DNA from: an uncultured Brevundimonas sp.
Lineage (GTDB): Bacteria > Pseudomonadota > Alphaproteobacteria > Caulobacterales > Caulobacteraceae
Direction of reading: 5' to 3'
Assembly (NCBI GenBank): GCA_964624025.1
Contig: CAZUXK010000003.1
Location: 1 to 58,097, forward strand
Length of the DNA stretch: 58,097 bases
The notes beneath the pieces are model-generated. The model made no database searches, was not told the DNA's origin, and saw nothing but the letters and a program-made list of their open reading frames with translations. Below, in pieces: positions 46,953 to 57,352 of the stretch; positions within the stretch are counted from its first letter, which is position 1; each line of letters opens with the position of its first letter. Position numbers and translations under genes: made by a program.

Positions 46953-48024
46953 GCATCAGCCCGGCCTGCGGCGGCGTGCGCCCGTCCAGCAAGTCGCGCC
47001 AGGCCGCGCGGGCGGCGTCCGGCCCCTGCAGATGGCGCACCTCCAGCCGCGCGCCCGCGTCCGCGGCGATCCGGGCGCTGGCCTCCATGGCCCGTCGCAT
47101 CGCCACCCCGGGCCCCCAGTCGGCCTCGCGCTTGGCGAACTGCGCCGGGGCGAAGAAGAAGGCCGGCGCCGCCCCCTTCAGCTCGCCGTGGCGCCGCCCG
47201 GCGTCCCAGTGGGTGGCCCCTACCAGCACATTGGCCACGACCGACGCCCCCAGCCGGTCGTCGACCGCCTGCAGCACGGCGCCAGAGCCGGACATGTCGA
47301 CCAGCACGCTCGGCTCCCCCGCCGGCAGGCCGGCGATGTCCTCATAGGCGACCACCTCGTCGTACAGGCCCAGCGAGCGGGTGAAGTCGAGGTTGCCGGC
47401 CGAGGTCAGGCCGATCACGCGGCGACGCACCTCCGGCTCCCGGGTCAGCATCCACGCCAGCCCGAAGGCGGTCTTGGACGAGGCGCTGGCGATCAGCACC
47501 TGCGCGGCCCCGAAGGCGGCGTTGTCCTCCAGATAGTCCGCCAGCACCCAGGAGGTGGCGAACAGCGGGAACAGCAGGGCCCGCGCGTCGCCCAGCGCCG
47601 CCATCGCCGCCGGCTCGCCCGCCAGCCGGTTGTAGCGATTGTACAGGGCCGGCAGGTCGCGGCGGTGCGCCGCCATGTCCATGAAGCCCGACCCGCTGAT
47701 CTTCCCCGGCTGCAGGGTGACGTGCGAGGCCATGGGGAAGAAGCCATACAGCCGCTCGCCGACGGCGATCTCCGGGCAGGCCGAGGCGGTCACCGTGGCG
47801 AAGCCCCAGACCGGGACCAGGCCCCAGGTCTCATCGACCGGAAAGAAACCCCAGTAACCGAGGCTCTCCCCGGTCACGGCATAGCTGACGTTGTTGGCGG
47901 TCAGGGCGAAGCGATCGATCGACGCCACCACCTCTCCCGGCTGCGGCGGCGTCAGGGGCGCGGTCACGACCCGCGTCTGCTTCAGGTCACGGCGCTGCAC
48001 CTGCAGCTGGACGATGGACGTCAT
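46939..48024 (-). CDS. DUF2855 family protein
   Basis: FALTANN.SYA..G....YW.FFP, PVWGFA, SASSKTA, VG.THW, FFAP. Confidence 0.85.
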   Translation of the reverse strand: MTSIVQLQVQRRDLKQTRVVTAPLTPPQPGEVVASIDRFALTANNVSYAVTGESLGYWGFFPVDETWGLVPVWGFATVTASACPEIAVGERLYGFFPMASHVTLQPGKISGSGFMDMAAHRRDLPALYNRYNRLAGEPAAMAALGDARALLFPLFATSWVLADYLEDNAAFGAAQVLIASASSKTAFGLAWMLTREPEVRRRVIGLTSAGNLDFTRSLGLYDEVVAYEDIAGLPAGEPSVLVDMSGSGAVLQAVDDRLGASVVANVLVGATHWDAGRRHGELKGAAPAFFFAPAQFAKREADWGPGVAMRRAMEASARIAADAGARLEVRHLQGPDAARAAWRDLLDGRTPPQAGLMLSLG

Positions 48025-48146
48025 GAGCGGCTCTCCCCGGCGACGCCCCTCCTCACTAAGCGGCCCCGTCGCGGCAGGGAAGGCGGCGGCGGTGATCGCA
48101 CCCGCACCCCTTGCCGGATGCCCCGCAAAGGCTATAGTCGCCCCAT

Positions 48147-48163
48147 ATAATCATACTAATTTG
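48147..48163. promoter_or_regulatory. Putative FadR/GntR operator
   Basis: ATAATCATACTAATTTG, near-identical to ATTATCATACTATTTG at 54062-54077. Confidence 0.6.
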
Positions 48164-48172
48164 AGGAATGAG

Positions 48173-49807
48173 ATGACCGGACTGACACGCCGCGGCGCCT
48201 TTGGCGGGCTGGGCGCAGGGCTCGGCGCCGGCGCCCTCGCCGCCGCCCTGCCCGTCGCCGCCCGGGCCCAGTCGCGCGACCAGATCGCGCCCTTCGGCCG
48301 GGAATTCGCCCACATGCGCTGGCGCGCCGGGATCGAGAACCAGCGCCGCGCCGACCTCGGCGACGGGACCTTCCTCAATCCGGTGCTGGCCGGCGACCAC
48401 CCGGACCCGACCATCCTGCGCGATGGCGACGACTACTACATGACCCATTCGTCGTTCGAGTCGGTGCCCGGACTGGTCATCTGGCACTCGCGCGACCTGG
48501 TGAACTGGACCCCGGTCACCGCCGCCCTGACCACCAACATCGGCTCGGTCTGGGCCCCCGAGCTGTGCAGGCACGACGGGCGCTACTTCCTCTACATCCC
48601 GGCCCGCACCCCGACCTACCGCTCCAACTATGTGATCTGGGCCGACCGCATCGAGGGCCCGTGGAGCGAGCCGATCGACCTCAACCTGCCGAACCACATC
48701 GACCCGGGCCACATCATCGGCGAGGACGGCAAGCGCTACCTGTTCCTGTCCGGCGGCGACATGGTCCAGCTCAGCGACGACGGCCTGTCGACGGTCGGCG
48801 AGGTGCACCACGTCTACGACCCATGGCGCTACCCGACCGACTGGGTGGTCGAAAGCTTCTCGCCGGAGGGCCCCAGCGTCATCCGCCGCGGCGACTGGTT
48901 CTACATGATCACGGCGGTCGGCGGCACGGCCGGCCCGCCGACCGGCCACATGGTCATCGCCGCCCGCTCACGCTCGGTGTTCGGCCCGTGGGAGGATGCT
49001 CCGGGCAATCCGCTCGTGCGGACCACCGACGCCGCCGAGAAGTGGTGGTCACGCGGTCACGCCAGCCTCGTCGAGGGGCCCGACGGCCGCTGGTGGAGCG
49101 TCTATCACGGCTACGAGAACGCCTACTGGACCCTCGGCCGGCAGACCCTGCTCGACAGCGTCGAATGGACCGAGGACGGCTGGTTCCGCATGACCGGAGG
49201 CGACCTGTCGCGGCCCCTGCCCATGCCGGCCCCGTCACGCCCGGACACGCCGCACGGCCGCGCCCTGTCCGACGACTTCAGCACCGACAGGTTCGGCGTC
49301 CAGTGGAGCTTCTACAACCCCGGTCCCGACAGTCGCGCGCGTCTGTCCCGCGCCAACGGGACCCTGACCATGCAGGCGCTCGGCACGGCCCCGAAGGACT
49401 GCTCGCCGCTCACCTTCACCGTCGGCGACCAGGCCTACCAGGTGGAGTGCGAGATCGAGATCGACCCCGGCGTCACGGCGGGCCTCATCCTGTTCTACGA
49501 CAGCGCCCTCTACTGCGGCCTCGGCTTCGACGAGCGGCGCTTCGTCACCCACCAGTACGGCATCGAGCGCGGCCGGCCGGGCCATTCCCACGGCCGACGC
49601 ATGTTCGTGCGCCTGACCAATGACCGGCACATCGTCACCCTGCACACCAGCGGCGACGGCCGGACCTGGACGAAGTTCGACCGCCAGATGGAAGTGTCGG
49701 GCTACCACCACAATGTCCGCGGCGGCTTCATGATGCTGCGGCCGGGCATCTACGCGGCGGGCGGCGGCGCCGCCCGGTTCCGCAACGTCAGATACCAGGC
49801 GCTGTAG
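48173..49807 (+). CDS. GH43 glycoside hydrolase (xylosidase/arabinosidase), Tat-exported
   Basis: TRRGAF twin-arginine leader; NPVL.GD.PDP, WAP, IDPG, EGP, GHAS motifs; C-terminal beta-sandwich. Confidence 0.92.
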   Translation: MTGLTRRGAFGGLGAGLGAGALAAALPVAARAQSRDQIAPFGREFAHMRWRAGIENQRRADLGDGTFLNPVLAGDHPDPTILRDGDDYYMTHSSFESVPGLVIWHSRDLVNWTPVTAALTTNIGSVWAPELCRHDGRYFLYIPARTPTYRSNYVIWADRIEGPWSEPIDLNLPNHIDPGHIIGEDGKRYLFLSGGDMVQLSDDGLSTVGEVHHVYDPWRYPTDWVVESFSPEGPSVIRRGDWFYMITAVGGTAGPPTGHMVIAARSRSVFGPWEDAPGNPLVRTTDAAEKWWSRGHASLVEGPDGRWWSVYHGYENAYWTLGRQTLLDSVEWTEDGWFRMTGGDLSRPLPMPAPSRPDTPHGRALSDDFSTDRFGVQWSFYNPGPDSRARLSRANGTLTMQALGTAPKDCSPLTFTVGDQAYQVECEIEIDPGVTAGLILFYDSALYCGLGFDERRFVTHQYGIERGRPGHSHGRRMFVRLTNDRHIVTLHTSGDGRTWTKFDRQMEVSGYHHNVRGGFMMLRPGIYAAGGGAARFRNVRYQAL

Positions 49808-50510
49808 CCTCGGCGGCGGCCGGGCGCCCTTCGCGGGCGACCCGGTCGACGCCGCTCTGGATCACCGCGCGCATCGCCGCCGCCGCCCCGGCGGCGTCGC
49901 CGTCAGCAATGCAGTCGACGATGCGTGCGTGCGCCGCCACGGTCTCTGCGTGCAGCTCGGGCCGGTCGACCGGCGGACTGACGGTGAAGGCCTCCATCAG
50001 CGCCGCCTGGATCACCGCCGCCATGGAGCGGATCATCGGATTGCGCGACGCGGCCCCGACCGCGAGGTGCAGTTCCAGGTCCGCCCGCGCGAAGGCGTCC
50101 GGGGAGGCGGTTTCCGTCTGCATATGCTCGAGCGCCGTCCTCATGGCGGCCAGGTCCTCGGGCGTGCGCCGCTCGGCCGCCAGGGCCGCCGCCGTCGGCT
50201 CCAGCGCCAGCCGCACCTCGGCCAGATTGCGACGGAACTCGGCGTCGACCCCCGCCTCAACCCGCCAGGCCAGCACATCGGGATCGAAATAGTTCCACTG
50301 CGCCCGGTCAGCGACCCGGGTGCCCACCCGCGTCTTGGCCACCAGCAGCCCCTTGGCCGACAGGGTCTTGATCGCCTCGCGCAGCGCCGTGCGCGACACC
50401 CCGAACCGTTCGAGCAGCGCCATCTCCGGCGGCAGGTTGGCCCCGACCGGGACCTCGCCGGCGAGGATCTGCAGGCCGAGACTGCGGACAATCTTGTCGT
50501 GGTTCGCCAT
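49788..50510 (-). CDS. FadR/GntR-family regulator (DgoR-like)
   Basis: LP.E..L...FGVSRT.LREA.K.L.AKGL......GT.V; FCD domain. Confidence 0.92.
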   Translation of the reverse strand: MANHDKIVRSLGLQILAGEVPVGANLPPEMALLERFGVSRTALREAIKTLSAKGLLVAKTRVGTRVADRAQWNYFDPDVLAWRVEAGVDAEFRRNLAEVRLALEPTAAALAAERRTPEDLAAMRTALEHMQTETASPDAFARADLELHLAVGAASRNPMIRSMAAVIQAALMEAFTVSPPVDRPELHAETVAAHARIVDCIADGDAAGAAAAMRAVIQSGVDRVAREGRPAAAEATAPGI

Positions 50511-50581
50511 GCCCCAGTGATGAACGCGGACAGGCGGCGCGGCAAGGCGTCAACAGTCTCGTCACGCGCCTCGAAAAGAGC

Positions 50582-50609
50582 GGGCAGGACATCAGTCGAC
50601 GTCCTGCCC
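50582..50609. terminator. Hairpin after the TonB receptor
   Basis: GGGCAGGAC-N10-GTCCTGCCC; no clear U-tract. Confidence 0.45.
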
Positions 50610-50657
50610 CAGGTGTCCGACGGCATTGAACCTCGGGAGGAGGCCCGTCGAAAGCGA

Positions 50658-53600
50658 TCAGAACCGCATGTTCAGCCCGGCGAAGAACTGCCGCCCCGTC
50701 GAGGCGTAGTTCGTCACCACCGGGTCACCGGCATAGGCGAAGCGGTCGGAGGTTTGGTTGGTCAGATTCAGCGCCTCCAGCGTGAGGCCGATGTTGTCAT
50801 TGACCTGGTACCGGAACGAGGCGTCGACGTTGAGGGTCGCCTCGCTGCCGAGGAAGTCATTGACCAGCGGCGCGTCGCAGAAACCGGGTTCACAGACGCC
50901 TGAGGCGATCGGATACTGGGTGAAGTACTCCGAGCGATAGGCGGTCGACACCCGCGCGTTCCAGCGATCGGTCTCGTAGAACAGGGTGACGTTGAAGGCG
51001 TCCGGCGACGCGCCCGTGAACGGTCCCGGCGCCGTCACCAGCGGCGAGGGGCTGAGGATGTAGTTCAGCTCGGAATCGATGTGGGTGTAGTTGGCCTGCA
51101 TCCCGAACTTGTCGAACGGCGCCGGCAGGAAGGTGAAGTTCTGCTGGTAGCTGAGCTCCACCCCGCGGATGTAGCCGCCCGGCGCGTCGCGGAACTGGCG
51201 GATGCTGAACGGCAGGTCGGCGTCGATATAAGCAAGCGCATTGGCGTTGGTCTGCGAGGCCCGCAGCTGCGCGATGGCGTCCGCCGACAGGATCGAGGTC
51301 AGCGGCCCCTCGGCGATCAGGGTCTGCGGGAACGAGCTGATGTCCTTGTCGAACAGGGCGATCGAGAACAGGGCGTCCTCGGCGAAGTACCACTCGAACG
51401 ACAGGTCGAGGTTGGTGGCCCGGAAGGGGCTCAGTTGGGTGTTGCCGAGGGTGATGGAGCCGCCGTTGACCGCGCCCACCCCGGTCGGGACCGAGAAGGC
51501 GGTGACGCTCGGAGCCAGGTTGCCCAGGAGCGGCCGCGCCATGACCTTGGCGGCGCCGAAGCGCACGATCATGTCGTCGCGGATTTCCCACGCCAGGTTC
51601 AGGGACGGCAGGGTGTCCGTGTACGCGTTGGAGTCGGAGACGGGGCGCGAGGTGTTGGTCAGGCCATCGGCCTGGACCTCGGTCTTGGCGTAACGCACGC
51701 CGGCGTTGCCGCGCAGGGGGCGACCCAGCAGGTCGAGGCGGAAGTCCGCCTGCAGGAAGGCGCTCGTATTGTCCTCCACCACGCCATACTGGTTGGCGGC
51801 GTTGGACAGGCGCGACAGGCGCCAGTCCCCCCACTGGTTGACGCAGTTGCAGTCGAATCCGAACAGCGACTGGAAGGCCTCGAGGTCCGGCACGAAGAAG
51901 CTGGTGGTCGTGCCGTCCGGCACGTTCAGCCCCTGACCCCAGTTCACCACCCGGCCCATGTCGGCGATGTTGACGCGGGCCTCCAGCAGCGACGGGTTGA
52001 GCGTCTCGTTGGTCAGGCGGCGCGCCTCGCTCGTCACGAACTCATAGGTCCGCACGCTGATCCCGCCGCGCAGGGTGAAGGCGTCGTTGGCGTCCCAGGC
52101 GAAATCGACGCGGCCGCCCTCGTAGGTGTTCTCCACCTCGCGCTGGAAGTGGCGCAGGGCCGAGTAGTTCTTGACGAAGTCCCACGCCTGCGGATTCGCC
52201 GCGTCGAAGCCGAAGTCGAGCAGCGGCATGTCCCCGCCGCCGCGGGCGTCATAGACGAGGTAGCCGTTCCCGGCCGTGCCCTGGCCGGAGTCGAGACGAA
52301 TGAAGTCGACCAGCAGCCCCTGGCTTTCGTTGCGCGAGCTGGAGAAGCCATACAGCGCCTTCATGCGGAACCGGTCGCTGAACTCGTGATCGAGGTTGAA
52401 CGACAGCTGCTGGAATTCGGTGGTGTAGGTCTGGGCGTCCGTCGCCGACCGCAGGTCGACATTACCGAGCACCAGATAGTCGGCGTTGGCGCCCGTCGGG
52501 CTCAGAGCCGCATCGATGACCCGGACCGAAGGCCGGCCAATAAAGGCCGTCCGCCGGAACAGGCCGTTCGGGTCCGCGCCGAAGCCCGGCGATCCCGACC
52601 AGTTGTAATAGTCGAACGGGTCGAGGTTGAACGGGTTGAAGCTGTTGTTCGTGCCGGGAACCAGATTGCCGCCGTTCAGCTGCTGGCCGCAGTCGATGGC
52701 GTCGCGGATGTCGGTCGCCGCCTGCGCCACGCACGAATTGTAGAGCCCGCGCCGCGTATTGACCGGCGTGCTGGCGTTGGCCGTATTCAGGCCGGCGTTG
52801 GTGTTGTTGCGGTTCAGCCCGACGGTCTGGACCTGCAGGTTGACCGAGCTGTTGTCGAACTTCGAGTAGACGCCGTCGACGCTCAGGGTCGTACGGTCCT
52901 GCGGCCGCCATTGCAGCCCCAGGGTCGCGCCCAGCCGCTCCTGCTCCAGTTCCTGCTGGTTCAGGGTGGCCAGCGACGGAATGCGCACCGTCGGTCCGGC
53001 GGCGGTCACCACGCCGTTGGTCACGGTCGAGCCGCGGGGATTGTGAAGCAGGGCGTAGGCGGCGGGGTTGGAGCCGCGCAGGGTGTCGCAGACCGCCGTA
53101 TTGGTGATGTTGGCGGTGACGATGGCGTTGCAGGCCGTGCCCGCCGGCGCTGCGAAGCCCTGGCGGTTCTGGCCGTTGGTGATGGTCGAGGTGGCGAAGG
53201 TCGCCCCGCGATACAGATAGTCCGACTGGCCGGGCTGGCGCAGGTAGCTGTCGGTGATCTGGTTGCGCTCGGAGTAGGCGATGGAGCCCAGCACCCCGAA
53301 GTCGCCGAGGCCGGTGGTCCAGCGGTCCGAGTACAGCGCCGCGATGCGCGGGCTGTTCTGGCCGCCGTTCTCGTAGTGGGCGTTGGCCAGAGACAGGGCC
53401 ATGCGCCGGCCCGGGAAGTCGAAGGGGCGGCCGGTCTGCAGATCGACCGTGGCGCCGAGGGCGCCTTCATCGGTCTCGGCCGAAGCGGTCTTGCGCACCC
53501 GGATCGAGTTGAACAGCTCGGAAGCGAAAACGTTGAAGTCGAAGCCGCGGCCGCGGTTCGGGCTGGTGCCCGAGTCGTTGGAGCCGGCGGTCGACAGGGC

Positions 53601-53972
53601 TTCCAGCCCGTTCAGGCGCACCCGGGTGAAGTCGCTGCCGAGGCCTCGGACCACGATGGTGCGGCCCTCGCCATTGTCGCGGTCGATCGACACGCCCGGC
53701 AGGCGCTGGATCGACTCGGCGAGGTTGGCGTCGGGGAAGTCGGCGATGTCCTCCGCGTTGATCGCGTCGATCATCTCGTTGGCGTTCCGCTTGGTCAGCA
53801 GGGCGCTGCGCAGCGCCCCCCGGATGCCGGTGACGACGACTTCCTCGACCTCGGCGACCGGCTCCTGCGGCGCGGCCTGGGCCTGGACGGTCCCGGCCGT
53901 GGCAAGCGCCAGGGCGAGGCCGGAAGCGGCGGACAGGGCATAGGCGCGCGTGCGCCGTGTGGCGTGAGACAT
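50658..53972 (-). CDS. Large TonB-dependent receptor (carbohydrate type), about 1104 aa
   Basis: EEVVVTGIR, AEDI.DFPD.NLAES.QR.PGV, GN..L.PF.A.N.D, C-terminal Phe; ATG at 53972 with GGAGG SD. Confidence 0.95.
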   Translation of the reverse strand: MSHATRRTRAYALSAASGLALALATAGTVQAQAAPQEPVAEVEEVVVTGIRGALRSALLTKRNANEMIDAINAEDIADFPDANLAESIQRLPGVSIDRDNGEGRTIVVRGLGSDFTRVRLNGLEALSTAGSNDSGTSPNRGRGFDFNVFASELFNSIRVRKTASAETDEGALGATVDLQTGRPFDFPGRRMALSLANAHYENGGQNSPRIAALYSDRWTTGLGDFGVLGSIAYSERNQITDSYLRQPGQSDYLYRGATFATSTITNGQNRQGFAAPAGTACNAIVTANITNTAVCDTLRGSNPAAYALLHNPRGSTVTNGVVTAAGPTVRIPSLATLNQQELEQERLGATLGLQWRPQDRTTLSVDGVYSKFDNSSVNLQVQTVGLNRNNTNAGLNTANASTPVNTRRGLYNSCVAQAATDIRDAIDCGQQLNGGNLVPGTNNSFNPFNLDPFDYYNWSGSPGFGADPNGLFRRTAFIGRPSVRVIDAALSPTGANADYLVLGNVDLRSATDAQTYTTEFQQLSFNLDHEFSDRFRMKALYGFSSSRNESQGLLVDFIRLDSGQGTAGNGYLVYDARGGGDMPLLDFGFDAANPQAWDFVKNYSALRHFQREVENTYEGGRVDFAWDANDAFTLRGGISVRTYEFVTSEARRLTNETLNPSLLEARVNIADMGRVVNWGQGLNVPDGTTTSFFVPDLEAFQSLFGFDCNCVNQWGDWRLSRLSNAANQYGVVEDNTSAFLQADFRLDLLGRPLRGNAGVRYAKTEVQADGLTNTSRPVSDSNAYTDTLPSLNLAWEIRDDMIVRFGAAKVMARPLLGNLAPSVTAFSVPTGVGAVNGGSITLGNTQLSPFRATNLDLSFEWYFAEDALFSIALFDKDISSFPQTLIAEGPLTSILSADAIAQLRASQTNANALAYIDADLPFSIRQFRDAPGGYIRGVELSYQQNFTFLPAPFDKFGMQANYTHIDSELNYILSPSPLVTAPGPFTGASPDAFNVTLFYETDRWNARVSTAYRSEYFTQYPIASGVCEPGFCDAPLVNDFLGSEATLNVDASFRYQVNDNIGLTLEALNLTNQTSDRFAYAGDPVVTNYASTGRQFFAGLNMRF

Positions 53973-54061
53973 GAGATTCCTCCTCCCATTTGGTGAGCGG
54001 CGCCTTTTCCCGGACGGGCAGACCCCTGCTTCGACCACCGGTTCTTCCGGCTGCGATTAGT

Positions 54062-54077
54062 ATTATCATACTATTTG
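54062..54077. promoter_or_regulatory. Putative FadR/GntR operator
   Basis: ATTATCATACTATTTG, shared with the GH43 upstream region. Confidence 0.6.
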
Positions 54078-54165
54078 TTTCGGCAAAAGCCCTTCGCCGT
54101 CTTTCCGCCGCAGGACGACGGGGACGGCCGATGCTAGGAGTCCGGCGTCTGCGAAAAGGCCCGCC

Positions 54166-54930
54166 ATGCGCGCTTCCCTGAGGTCCGTCTCGACGATCGG
54201 CCTGATCGGCTTCGGCGCCTTCGGCCGGCTTGTCGCCACGCATCTCCAGCCGTGGTTCGCCCTGCGGGTCCATGACGCCGGCGCTGCGCCTGAGGCGGAT
54301 CCGGCTGGCCGCGGCCTTACCCCGGCATCCCTGCCAGAAGCCGCCGCCTGCGACGTCGTCATCCTCGCCGTCCCGGTGTCCGCCATCCCGGAGGTCGTGC
54401 GCGCCATCGCCCCGCACCTGCGCCCGGGCGCTCTCGTCGTCGACGTCGGCTCGGTCAAGCTGGAGCCGGCCGCGGCGATGGCGGCGGGCCTGCCCGACCA
54501 CGTCGAGATCCTCGCCACCCACCCGCTGTTCGGACCGCAGAGCGCCCGTAACGGCGTCCGCGGTCTCGGCATCGCCCTGTGTCACGTCCGCAGCCCCGGC
54601 GCCGGGCGTGTCGCCGCCTTCCTGCGTCGCGCGCTCGGGCTGAAGGTGCACCTGACCACCGCCGACGCGCACGACCGCGAGGCCGCCATGGTGCAGGGGC
54701 TGACCCATCTGATCGCCCGCATCCTGGTCGAGATGGAGCCCCTGCCGCGCACCCTCACCACGGCCAGCTTCAGCCTTCTCATGCAGGCGGTGGAGATGGT
54801 GCGGCACGACGCCCCCGAAGTCTTCCTCGCCATCGAGCGCGCCAACCCTCACGCCAAAGCCGTGCGGGACCGCTTCTTCGACCTCGCCGCGCAGCTGCGG
54901 CGCGAGCTGGACGGCGGCCCCGGCCACTGA
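54166..54930 (+). CDS. tyrA: Prephenate dehydrogenase (short, stand-alone)
   Basis: IGFGAFG, DVGSVK, HPLFGP, HD...A..QGLTH. Confidence 0.88.
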   Translation: MRASLRSVSTIGLIGFGAFGRLVATHLQPWFALRVHDAGAAPEADPAGRGLTPASLPEAAACDVVILAVPVSAIPEVVRAIAPHLRPGALVVDVGSVKLEPAAAMAAGLPDHVEILATHPLFGPQSARNGVRGLGIALCHVRSPGAGRVAAFLRRALGLKVHLTTADAHDREAAMVQGLTHLIARILVEMEPLPRTLTTASFSLLMQAVEMVRHDAPEVFLAIERANPHAKAVRDRFFDLAAQLRRELDGGPGH

Positions 54931-54979
54931 TCCGCAGCCCCCGCGCGACCGGGCGGCGCGACCGCGCGCCGCTTGCTTT

Positions 54980-55024
54980 TGGGAGCCATTCTCATTATCA
55001 CGCCGCGACTGCGAATAAGTCGCC
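54980..55024. promoter_or_regulatory. Two Fur-box-like sites
   Basis: TGGGA-GCCAT-TCTCA (54980-54994) and TGCGA-ATAAG-TCGCC (55010-55024) upstream of an iron-type receptor. Confidence 0.55.
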
Positions 55025-55040
55025 ATAACAAAGACCATCC

Positions 55041-57212
55041 ATGCCCCGTCTCGCCGCCCTCGCCACCACCATGCTCACCGCGCTCGCCGCCAGCGGGGCC
55101 GCCCTCGCCCAGGCGCCGGTCGCGCCGGTCTCGGCCGAGGCGGGGCCGCGCGTGGCCGAGATCGTGGTCATCGGCGAGCGTGGCAATCTGCTGACCATCC
55201 CGGGCTCCGGCGCGACGATCGAGACGGCGGACCTCGAACGCTCCCGTGCGTTCACGATCAACGACGCCCTGCGCCAGGCGCCGGGCGTGTTCGCCCGCGA
55301 CGAAGAGGGCTTCGGCATGCGGCCCAACATCGGCGTCCGCGGGCTCAATCCGACCCGCTCGACCAAGGTGCTGCTGCTCGAGGACGGCCTGCCGCTCGCC
55401 TATGCCCCCTACGGCGACAACGCCAGCTACTTCCACCCGTCGCTGGGCCGCTACGCCCGGGTCGAGGTGCTGAAGGGCGCCTCCCAGGTGCGCTTCGGGC
55501 CCCAGACCATTGGCGGGGTGATCAACTACATCACCCCGGAGGCCCCGGAGACCTTTGGCGGCAGCCTGCGTCTGGCCGGCGGCTCGCAGGGCTATCGCGA
55601 GATCGACGGCCTCGTCGGCGGCCCGGCCCTCGGCGGCCGCGGCCTGCTGCACGTCCAGAACCGCCGCAGCGACAGCAGCCGCGAGAACCAGGACCTGCAG
55701 TACACGGACATCTTCGCCAAGATGTCCTGGGACATCGCCCCCGACCAGGTGCTAACCGCCCGCGTCAGCCGGCACGAGGAAGACTCGCAGGTCACCTATT
55801 CGGGCCTGACCCTGGCCGAGTTCACCGCCGACCCCTACGCCAACCCCTTCGCCAATGACTCCTTCCGGACGGAGCGCTGGGGCGCCGCCGTCAGCCACGC
55901 CTGGTTCCTCGACGAGGCGACGACCCTGCGCACCAGCGTGTACGGCTCGACCTTCAACCGCGACTGGTGGCGTCAGTCGTCCAATTCGGGCCAGCGCCCC
56001 AACGACGCCTCCGACCCCGCCTGCGGCGGCCTGGCCAACCTCAACACCACCTGCGGCAACGAAGGCCGCCTGCGCGACTACTGGACCGCGGGCCTCGAGA
56101 CCCGGCTGAGCCGCGACACCGCCGCCTTCGGCGCCGACATCCGGCTTGAGGCGGGGCTGCGCTACCACACCGAGGACCAGCAGCGCCGCCAGTGGAACGG
56201 CGACACCCCGACCGCCCGCACCCCGGGCACGGGCCGCAACGCCGGCGTGGTCGAGGACAACGAGCGTCTGACCGACGCCTGGAGCGCCTTCGCCAGCGCC
56301 CGCATCGAGTCCGGCCCGTGGATCGTCGAGCCCGGCCTGCGCCTCGAGCGCATCGAGTACGAGCGCCTGAACCGCCTCAACGGCGCGCGCGGGACGACCG
56401 ACCTCGATGTCGTGGTGCCCGGCCTCGGCGTCATGTACCGGCTGGGCGACCGCTCGGTCGTCTACGCCGGCGTGCACAAGGGCTTCGCCCCGCCCCGCGT
56501 CGAGGACATCATCAGCAACACCACCGGCGGCGCGGTCGACCTCGACGCCGAGGAGAGCGTCAACTGGGAGCTGGGCCTGCGCGGCGACGTCGCCCCCGGC
56601 CTCTACCTCGACGCCGGGCTGTTCCGGATGAACTTCGACAACCAGATCATCCCGCAGAGCGTGGCCGGCGGCGTCGGCGCCACCCTGACCTCGGCCGGCG
56701 AGACCCTGCACCAGGGCTTCGAGCTGCTCGCGCGCGGCTCGGCCCGCGAGGCCGGCTGGCTGCAGAACGGCGACGACCTCTACGCCCGCCTGAGCCTGAC
56801 CCACGTCGCCGACGCGAAGTTCGAGGGCCGGCGCTTCTCGACCGTCGCCGGCTCCACCGCCGTCAGCGTCACCGGCAACCGCCTGCCCTATGCGCCGGAA
56901 TGGCTGTGGGCCGCCGCCGTCGGCTACGAGTACCGCGGCTGGCTGCAGGGCGAGATCGAGGCCCAGTACACCGACGCCATGTTCACCGACGACCTGAACA
57001 CGGTGGCGGTCATCGCCAACGGCCAGCGCGGCCGCATCGACGACGTGCTGCTGTGGAACGCCACGGTCAACGCCGACCTCCCGGGCACGCCCCTGACCCT
57101 CTTCGTCACCGGCCGCAACCTGACCGACGAGCTCTACATCGTCGACCGCTCGCGCGGCATCCTGCCGGGCGCCCGTCGCGGCTTCCAGGCCGGGATCAGC
57201 TTCGCCTTCTGA
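55041..57212 (+). CDS. TonB-dependent receptor, FecA-like
   Basis: E.GFG.RPNIG.RG.NP.RS.K..LLEDG.P...APY, EVLKG; C-terminal Phe. Confidence 0.93.
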   Translation: MPRLAALATTMLTALAASGAALAQAPVAPVSAEAGPRVAEIVVIGERGNLLTIPGSGATIETADLERSRAFTINDALRQAPGVFARDEEGFGMRPNIGVRGLNPTRSTKVLLLEDGLPLAYAPYGDNASYFHPSLGRYARVEVLKGASQVRFGPQTIGGVINYITPEAPETFGGSLRLAGGSQGYREIDGLVGGPALGGRGLLHVQNRRSDSSRENQDLQYTDIFAKMSWDIAPDQVLTARVSRHEEDSQVTYSGLTLAEFTADPYANPFANDSFRTERWGAAVSHAWFLDEATTLRTSVYGSTFNRDWWRQSSNSGQRPNDASDPACGGLANLNTTCGNEGRLRDYWTAGLETRLSRDTAAFGADIRLEAGLRYHTEDQQRRQWNGDTPTARTPGTGRNAGVVEDNERLTDAWSAFASARIESGPWIVEPGLRLERIEYERLNRLNGARGTTDLDVVVPGLGVMYRLGDRSVVYAGVHKGFAPPRVEDIISNTTGGAVDLDAEESVNWELGLRGDVAPGLYLDAGLFRMNFDNQIIPQSVAGGVGATLTSAGETLHQGFELLARGSAREAGWLQNGDDLYARLSLTHVADAKFEGRRFSTVAGSTAVSVTGNRLPYAPEWLWAAAVGYEYRGWLQGEIEAQYTDAMFTDDLNTVAVIANGQRGRIDDVLLWNATVNADLPGTPLTLFVTGRNLTDELYIVDRSRGILPGARRGFQAGISFAF

Positions 57213-57237
57213 GGCGCCGCCTCCGGATGACGCCCCG

Positions 57238-57269
57238 ACCGCCGGGCGCCCACGGGGGCGTCCGGCGGT
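57238..57269 (+). terminator. Terminator-like hairpin
   Basis: ACCGCCGGGCGCCC-ACGG-GGGCGTCCGGCGGT, 25 nt after the stop. Confidence 0.6.
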
Positions 57270-57352
57270 TCGCGTCTGGAGCCGGGGAGTGCGGCGCGAC
57301 ACCGGGCCGCGCCGGCCCCGCTTGCCCCCACGCCCGCGCCCCGTATCTGCAA

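Noticed and set aside
51081-53996. 971-aa plus-strand ORF and similar long ORFs (9067-10887, 31439-33310, 40753-42354, 56192-57376)
   Set aside because: Antisense or alternate-frame shadows of well-supported genes in high-GC DNA, with no recognisable motifs
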